Shown: one piece after another, positions 57,309-64,000 of the stretch | Layout of the letters: the number at the start of each line of letters is the position of its first letter | Position numbering within the stretch: position 1 is the first letter of the stretch | The notes under the pieces: model-generated | Seen by the model: the letters and a program-made list of their open reading frames with translations, nothing else | What the model was told of the DNA's origin: nothing | Database searches by the model: none | Program-made: the position numbers and the translations under genes | NCBI GenBank assembly: GCA_964247055.1 | Contig: OZ176052.1 | Span: 1,426,001 to 1,490,000 of the forward strand | Length of the DNA: 64,000 nt | Direction of reading: 5' to 3' | Origin: Paragordius varius | Taxonomy: Eukaryota > Animalia > Nematomorpha

Positions 57309-57782
57309 ATGGTAAAAAATGTTATAGATATCAATGGGTTTAAGATTATTTATTATAATAATTAATGTGAATGTACTTGTTTGGATATGCAACTCCACAG
57401 TGGCTGTACCAAAATGTCCAAAGACATTTTATTACGATTCACATGAACTATCCAAAATACAATTCAGATATTCGCGAATCGAAAGGGGTAAAAATTCATT
57501 GCAACTACAAATATCATAAATCCTAATAAAAGAAACTTTTATTGAAGCTTCTGAAGTGCTGTCCGAAAACTATGAGGAAAAAAGTATATTGGAATCAATA
57601 AAAACGCTTATTACATTCTAATCAGAACCTTACCTAAATTATATGAAAATATTAAATCTTGTACAGTTTTTTCGCTTCGAATTGACGAGTATACCGATTA
57701 GTTTGGCATTGTGCAATTATGCGTTATTACCCACATGGTCTTTTATGATATGTCAACCACAGAAGAGTTATTGACTGTAATT
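57309..57782 (+). mobile_element. Decayed hAT-superfamily transposase fragment (GTF2IRD2/Charlie/SPIN-like clade); frameshifted, internally deleted, with in-frame stop
   Basis: Manual translation across frameshifts: ICNSTVAVPK (57,385-57,414) / NVQRHFITIH (from 57,413; BED-like C2H2 finger remnant); LIKETFIEASEVLSENYEEKSILESIKTL (57,523-57,609); ENIKSCTVFSLRIDEYTD*FGIVQLCVITHMVFYDMSTTEELLTVI (57,645-57,782). The last block matches, from memory, the hAT catalytic-region motif FSL(Q/A)LDESTD..D.AQL.(V/I)F(I/V)R.V......EE(L/F)L. No TIRs found. Confidence 0.85.
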
Positions 57783-58150
57783 AATAAATGCCCATCTTTA
57801 CGTGTAATTTTTATCCTAGATGAATTATCAGCGAGAAACTATATTTTTTCGTAACCAACCATTTCACATACTTTTGATTGATGAATGAACGCATTTAAAA
57901 CTATATTGCCATTTTCGCAGTAATCTTTTCAACCTTACTGGTTTTCTTGGCACATTTACACAACCACAGAATCGCAATTCGATGTCTTTTACTGTTGCAA
58001 ACTAAAAAAATTCATCTATTTTAGGAGAATGCGAAATAAACAATGTTTTAATATCCTGGGTTAATGTTCCCACACTGTGTCTGGTGAGCGGTCAATAAGT
58101 CCAATTCTAGATTTCCTGCCCCTTAGACTCCAACACAGGGATCAGATATA

Positions 58151-58310
58151 CAGTAGCGTATGGCATAAAACATTATTAATAAAAAATATTTTTAATAAAA
58201 ATAGTTGTATATACATATATACATATATCCACAATATCCCCTTGTCTATTTTAAAAAAAACATTTTTTATTCTTTTATGGACTAATATTGTTTTATACCA
58301 TACGCTACTG
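58151..58310. mobile_element. 160-bp MITE with 28-bp terminal inverted repeats and TA flanks (Tc1/mariner-type)
   Basis: Left end CAGTAGCGTATGGCATAAAACATTATTA (58,151-58,178) versus reverse complement of 58,283-58,310, CAGTAGCGTATGGTATAAAACAATATTA (26/28 identical). TA at 58,149-58,150 and 58,311-58,312. Confidence 0.85.
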
Positions 58311-58589
58311 TATATATACAGTTGCTTAGTTACATTTCCCAGCTTCCTTTTAGATCTAGATTTATATTAGTGAATGCATGAATATCGTTCCCACGTAGGT
58401 TACCAAACCCAATCTCAAGATATTTGCTTTGGTTAATTCGTGAACAAACGCTCTTTTGATATCTGACCAGGTATTGTCCAACCAATTGGGGAATAACTAT
58501 TGTTTAAGCTTCTTTGCCACGTGGAACAAATTTAGTTAAGACTTGTAATCCAGTATATCTGTGGGCTAAACAAACCTAGGATTATTTAA

Positions 58590-59150
58590 CATGTTTTGAT
58601 TTTCTACAAAGGAGCAGTTATCAGAAAAAAATCAATTACTTCAAGCAACAATAGGAAAGAGAAAACAAAATATGTTGCGATTATGATTGAGAACATATCC
58701 GCAGAAATCCAGCATCAAGTATTTTATAAGGTTCAAGGCTAGAACCTCTTACAATCCGCTTTTACGTAAATTTCTATTGTTATCCGAGCTAATGAATTTA
58801 AGAATATCAAATATAATGATAATAGGTTGGAGTTTATTATTGACGCGGTTGATTTATTCGGAGGGAATAATATGAAGTTGTTCTATTGGAAATGTATTAC
58901 TGAGATTGATAAAAATGACAAGGTTAATTTTATTTTGATAATATATATTAGTGATAACTTAATTGCGCCAGACCCTCATAGATTGGCCGGCAACAATGAA
59001 GGTTCTGGAAAACTAAGGAGCTTAAATATATGTTATGGACTCATTATGGATCCTACAGTTAGAACACCAGCTATTTTGAATAGTAGAATTCTCAAGTTAT
59101 CCGCCATTGCTATGTCTTCTAAAATCATCCACGATAATGGATATGGTTAA
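58590..59150 (+). pseudogene. Unidentified pseudogene-like reading frame (187 codons, 2 internal stops), includes track ORF 58,827-59,150
   Basis: Frame HVLIFYKGAVIRKK...KVQG*NLLQSAFT*ISIVIRANEFKNIKYNDNRLEFIIDAVDLFGG...HDNGYG* has internal stops only at 58,740 and 58,767. No protein family recognised. Confidence 0.35.
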
Positions 59151-62088
59151 TAAAAGAAGAGAAAGGATTTTAATAAGATCTTTTTGGAAAAAGGGTTGAT
59201 TGTTGAATTTAATTTTATATTTTAATGAGATGTTATTGTTCACACCTTAGGTTAACCAATAATGGCCAAATACACTTATTATAGTTTAAGTTTAATGCTG
59301 TAATATCAATTATATTTTAGGCCACGCCTAAAAACTAAAACACTAAATTTCTGTATTTAGTTTGAATATTCTTTCTTAATTATTTGGAGTCATTTTTATA
59401 GTTTTTGCCGTCTACTGTATATTAATAAAGTTTGACTTTGATTCGTTTTTATGAAAGTTTTTGGAACCATAATTAGGAATTAGGTTATCCAAAATATGCT
59501 TATTTTAACCTTTTTATAAAGTTTTAAAACAATATTTACCCTATCTAAACACCACCTTAAATTTTGGGGTAGTTTTCTATCCAGGAGTGATTTCAATATA
59601 AATCTGACAAATAGATATTATTTATCAATTTTAAATTAACATTTTTTACTGTATTGTATAATATTTTTCATGTACTTTTTTCTGGCATATATTTTTCTGA
59701 TATGTTGTTTAATCACTAAGTAATCTGGAAAATATTTTAATTGCCTTTGATTATATTTTGACAGCAAATTTTAAGAATTTGATTAAAAAAGCAGCCGTTT
59801 GTAAAAAATTATATCTAAAAAGCCAACACTCCATTACTATTTTTTACCTAGGTCTGTGTTTAATATACCGTAACATATGAAAGAGAAGGAAACTTATTTA
59901 CTAATATTTTTAAATGAATTATTTAGAGAAAATTAGCATAATATGATTTAATTCTTTTTTTGGATATTTTATTGTATCATATATCAATATTATAGGCAAT
60001 TCATTTAAAAAGGCCAAATCGAAATCAACTGAATGAAAAACTGAAAAATTTGGTTTGGGTCGCAACGCCCGTTTAATATATTATTGTATTTGAATTCTTC
60101 AAGCTATTTAGCGATACTTTAGTTGTTTATTGAAAAATAAAAAAATTTTATATAAAATCTATGCAACAAGAATTTATTAAAATCATATTTATACCCAAGA
60201 AACCTCCAGTAAGATCAATATTTCCTCATACTTTAAAATGGCATTGACATATACGACCGGTGTTTCCATAAAAGTTGTTAAAATCTTAAGCCCATTGTTA
60301 ACTATTTTATTTAAACTAGTTCATTTGCAATTCTGAGATATAAATTGGATACATTTATATAAACTAGTAAAAGATTTATTTCGAAGCGTTTTGTGTGAAG
60401 AAAATAATGGTTACTAAGAATCTAAAATTTAGTTGCAAAATTTTTCAATTTGGATCTAATAGGATTAGCAAGGTATTGAGTAGATGATTATTCTATTACA
60501 TTAATAATAAATATATAATAAAAATTAATTATTAATCGTAATTGTAATTGGTATCTTAAATAATTATTTATCAAAAATTTTATAATCGAAGCCATTAATG
60601 TGAAAAATTGAAAAAGATGAAATGTGAAAAACTTAAGTTGGAAAATTTATAATTATGCATGTCGTTCAATGCATTCACATTACAATATTTAGGGTTGGGT
60701 CTCGCACCAATAAACACTTATGCGAGACTGTTTTTAAAAATTACTCGTATTTTTAAACATATACTAAAAATTTAATAAGTGGTATTAAATTTATTATACG
60801 GTGTGTGCTTTAAAATTGACTTTTACAATTATCATAATTATCATTATTATTGTATTATTAAAATGAAATCTACTTTTTGTTAATAAAAAGTTAGTTTACA
60901 CTTGTGGTGTAAATTAATTCTCTATGATCGTTGATAAATGCTTATATCCAACAAAGAAGGAATTAATCATTTAAAATTATCGATTATGAATAGTTAAGAA
61001 CTCATGATTTACTTATATACTGATATAATAAATGTTCCGGACTTAGCATTTAAAAAAAATTTAATATTATATATATATCTTGTTGAAAAAACATCCCTTA
61101 CCTTGGCACTCTCCATCACGGCATATCTATAATTTTTACAAGATATAAAATATAATATTTCAATCAGCTATAGCAATAATATTGATTACGGATAAATAAT
61201 AAAAAGGAACCCTAAAAACGATAAATCATCTAATTTTTTATTGTGTACCATGTATTTAAATTTATCTTTATAATGTTGTGATATTATTAACACTTGGTAA
61301 CAACACATTCATTTTAGTACTTCGATTCAAATTGGGGTAGTTAAATACCCCAGGCCTTTTTAAAACTAAATTCTTTAAAAAATAGAAGAAACCAAAACCA
61401 CGGCAAAATTTTGCACTTATATAACTTTAATAAACCGAAATAAAAAAAAAAAATATTCAAAAATACTTGATAGTACTCATTTTTATGTAAAACCTCAAGG
61501 TAAAAATTAGTCAACATGATATAGTGCATTAGCTAAATTTAAAATAAAAAAAATAAACCACTTTTTCTATTTCTGTCAATGTTAGATATTTTAATTAAAA
61601 ATTAGCTTTAAAAATTCCTTTACATTACATAAAGACCATATTTTGCAAAAATTTTATAAAATAAAAATGGCGAGTTTGACATGGAACTTTTTTTTCAAAA
61701 CAAAATTTTATGATATTTTGGCATATTTATATAATTTATATTAAAATAGAAGCATAAATTTAAATTGAGACCATTTCTCAAATTTAGTCTAGGGTATTTA
61801 GATAACTCAATTTGAATCCAGGTGTTAATGTATTAAAAATAAAAAATTACATGTGTGTATACAGCATGATAACCTTTTGTGATACGCATATTTTTAAAAT
61901 ATTTCAAACCTTGTATTTTTGATAGCAATAAATATCTTGTTTACCTGTGATCCCATATTACGATTAAATAATGTATTTTTAATGTATGAAACAAAAGCGT
62001 GGGTCTTTCTTAATAAAATATGAATCCAAAGTTTTTTAATTTTACTTAAATCTTGCCGAAAACGCAATCTTTACATTCAATAATAATA

Positions 62089-62210
62089 AATATGGAGACT
62101 ATTATTAGCCCTACCATTGCATTTAGAAGCCAGATTAATTGATATCAAGCAATTGGTGGCTATATGAAATGAAACTTTAATAGTAGGCTAATAATAATAG
62201 CCTCCATATT
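62089..62210. repeat. Imperfect ~120-bp fold-back palindrome (MITE-like or hairpin)
   Basis: Outer arms AATATGGAGACTATTATTAGCCCTAC (62,089-62,114) and GTAGGCTAATAATAATAGCCTCCATATT (62,183-62,210). Inner arms CATTGCATTTAGAAGCCA and TGGCTATATGAAATG. Centred on GATATC at 62,141-62,146. Confidence 0.7.
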
Positions 62211-62476
62211 GTTGGGACCGAAATATAAATTGTATAAAAAAGTAAATGAAACAAAATGTATCTTCAGTTATATAATCATTAGAATTGTCTGAAAAAAATT
62301 GTATTATAATTACATATTAAGTTATGATCAGTTCACGTTTAAAATTAATATCAAGTATTTAAGTTTATGCCTCTTAATGCCGAAATATTGAGTTATTATA
62401 GAAATATGTTTAATTTTTAATGTAAAAAAAATAGTATTGATAATATTAAATCCATATAATATTTTTGCTCCATGTA

Positions 62477-63321
62477 CACTGCGTTCAAAATCGAGGCGTA
62501 TAGAAAATATCCTGAACTCTAACAAAAATATAAATGATTCTCGAGATGCTTTTAGTTTTGGGGCAAAGAAAGTTATGGCGGTAATTGTTAGGTATCGTAA
62601 AATCGGAGCTCTTCTAATTAAGTCGTAACAAAAAACGCAAAAATGCCAAGATTTCGCGTTAACTTTTTGAATATATGCTAGATTATGGCACCAAAAACAT
62701 ATCTAAAAAAATAGCAAATTTTGTTTAAGTTTACCTCTTACTATTTTTAAAACTATGGAGAGGAAGTTATTTAATTTATAATAATACATATGATTTTCTA
62801 CAAAAGTTCACCCATGACAAATGAACTTATATATTAGAAAAATAAATTAGTAAAAATTTAGCTTCATTAAATTATAAAGTGTTTATTACTATCCTAAATT
62901 GTTTTGTATCGCTCCACCATGCTTCAAAATACCATCGCTTTAATTTTGCTATAAATTAAATTATTTTTTCAAAACACGTTTCATATAATTTTTGGCATAA
63001 TTTCAGTCTTTTTGTCAAACTTGCCTTTTTTAATGTACTAAATTTGATCTGCTGTCGAAGCTCACATCTAAAATTTATATTCTTCTTTTTATATTTTTAT
63101 AATATTTCAGTGATATTTTTTGGAATGAAGCATTTAACTAAAAATTTATTAAATAAAATGGGCGCAAATTTTACAATTTTCTCATATCGAGCAGTTACGA
63201 AATTGTGGATAACTTTATTAAATACTCTTAAGGTAAAAAACCAAAAGCATTAAGAATCCGATACGTTTGTCAATCAGATATATTTATATATTTCATTTAT
63301 AGTTTTTTTGTGAACACAGTA
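62477..63321. mobile_element. Possible old non-autonomous Tc1/mariner-type element (~845 bp) with degenerate inverted ends
   Basis: TA|CACTGCGTTCAAAA at the left versus TA|TACTGTGTTCACAAAA (reverse complement of the right end). A second inverted match lies ~60 bp inside each end (GATTCTCGAGATGCTTTTAGTTTT versus GATTCTTAATGCTTTTGGTTTT). Similarity is weak. Confidence 0.35.
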
Positions 63322-63513
63322 TATATACTATATCGTTTCTAAACATGTATACCCCTTAAAACAAATTTGCCTGAGCTACTTCTTAATAAATTTAATTAGC
63401 ATTTTTTAAAGTTTTCATTTTTCCCGAATGTTGGTTGACCTTACATTTTATATAAGTGTGTTGATAAAAAATATCTTTTTTGAAAAAAAATGTGTTAATT
63501 CTCTGAAAAATGT

Positions 63514-63600
63514 CATGAAATCAAACCCCTGATCCGCCAGCATGTACTTTCCCACTTGTAGGATCACAAGCCCTTCCTGCAGCATCACTCTCTTTGCAAG
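63514..63600 (-). pseudogene. Short GC-richer fragment resembling a PIF/Harbinger or ISL2EU (DDE_Tnp_4) catalytic-motif region
   Basis: Minus-strand translation LAKRVMLQEGLVILQVGKYMLADQGFDFM resembles the recalled L.PG.Y.LAD.GF motif. Only 29 codons. Confidence 0.25.
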
Positions 63601-64000
63601 TTAATGACTTTGGAAATTATTTGCATAAATATTAATTATACAATAAAAATATAATGGTTTAAATTTAATAAAAACAATATTTTTACCCCGTAATATTGGA
63701 ATCTAGGATGGATAAATATAAGCATAATTATATTATAAATAATGTTTAGTTATGCATTCGCTGTTAAATAGATTAGCACATTTAATATATAAATAACTAA
63801 ATATCTATTGTCATAAATTTTATTAAAGAGCAAAAATAGATTATTTTTGCGTTTTACAAGCAGTATATAGCGGTTCAAAAGTAAAAACGTATAAATTAAT
63901 GGGAAATTAATTATAAATAAATTACTGTATGATTTTTTAAACATTAAGTTTTAATCAAATCATGGGCTGGTTTGAAAATCTAACATTTAACTCAATAAAT

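Larger units (their letters stand above)
57089..64000. other. AT-rich non-tandem flank dominated by transposon relics; no intact gene evident
   Basis: No periodicity. Track ORFs are 61-107 aa, several use non-ATG starts, and most are low-complexity I/F/K/L/N-rich translations. Confidence 0.7.

Noticed and set aside
57334-57519. Track ORF, 61 aa, as a standalone gene
   Set aside because: Only ICNSTVAVPK is meaningful. It is part of the frameshifted hAT relic, and the homology continues in another frame.
57932-58003. Possible 63-nt minus-strand exon (TTTTTTTAG...CCA|GTAAGG)
   Set aside because: Splice-like ends are present but there are no partner exons or recognisable peptide. Likely chance in AT-rich DNA.
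58077-58370. Track ORF, 97 aa
   Set aside because: GTG start, and it reads through the MITE and its TA-rich interior. Not credible as a gene.
59395-59419. Solo TIR-like end (reverse complement TA|CAGTAGACGGCAAAAAC)
   Set aside because: It resembles a Tc1/mariner terminus but no partner end was found in the window.
60699-61351. Small hairpins GTCTCGCA...TGCGAGAC (~60,699-60,728) and TGGGGTA...TACCCCA (~61,333-61,352) as Helitron 3' ends or terminators
   Set aside because: Stems are only 7-8 bp with no following CTRR terminus or other element hallmarks.
61341-63944. Remaining track ORFs (61,341-61,529; 62,328-62,525; 62,437-62,628; 63,044-63,253; 63,750-63,944)
   Set aside because: All are under 70 aa, compositionally biased and without motifs. 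The KAWG string in 61,341-61,529 recalls ISL2EU but is in the wrong order relative to the LADQGF fragment.

Overview
AT-rich eukaryotic DNA, probably invertebrate (inference from composition and transposon types; the taxon cannot be fixed from this window). Bases 1-~57,066 are one uninterrupted head-to-tail satellite array of a 98-99 bp monomer (about 575-580 copies, consensus ~24% GC, G-rich/C-poor on +). The array runs off the left edge and all six frames are closed in the monomer. It is not uniform. A left subfamily (1-~30,450) and a right subfamily (~30,450-54,000) meet at a sharp switch. Both carry nested higher-order duplications (offsets of 886, 990, 1,767, 1,873, 2,163, 3,746, 5,117 and 13,848 bp verified with marker variants). 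A divergent zone at ~54,000-57,088 fades into unique DNA. The last ~7 kb holds a decayed hAT (GTF2IRD2/Charlie/SPIN-like) transposase, a 160-bp TA-flanked MITE, an unidentified stop-poor reading frame, a ~120-bp fold-back, and weaker transposon relics. No intact gene, RNA gene or CRISPR array is supported. The most unusual observation is that each monomer reads as an 87-nt intron (GTAAGT...CTAAT...TTTTTAG) plus a 12-nt microexon (ATTCTTGGACAA). This is a testable hypothesis, not a demonstrated function.
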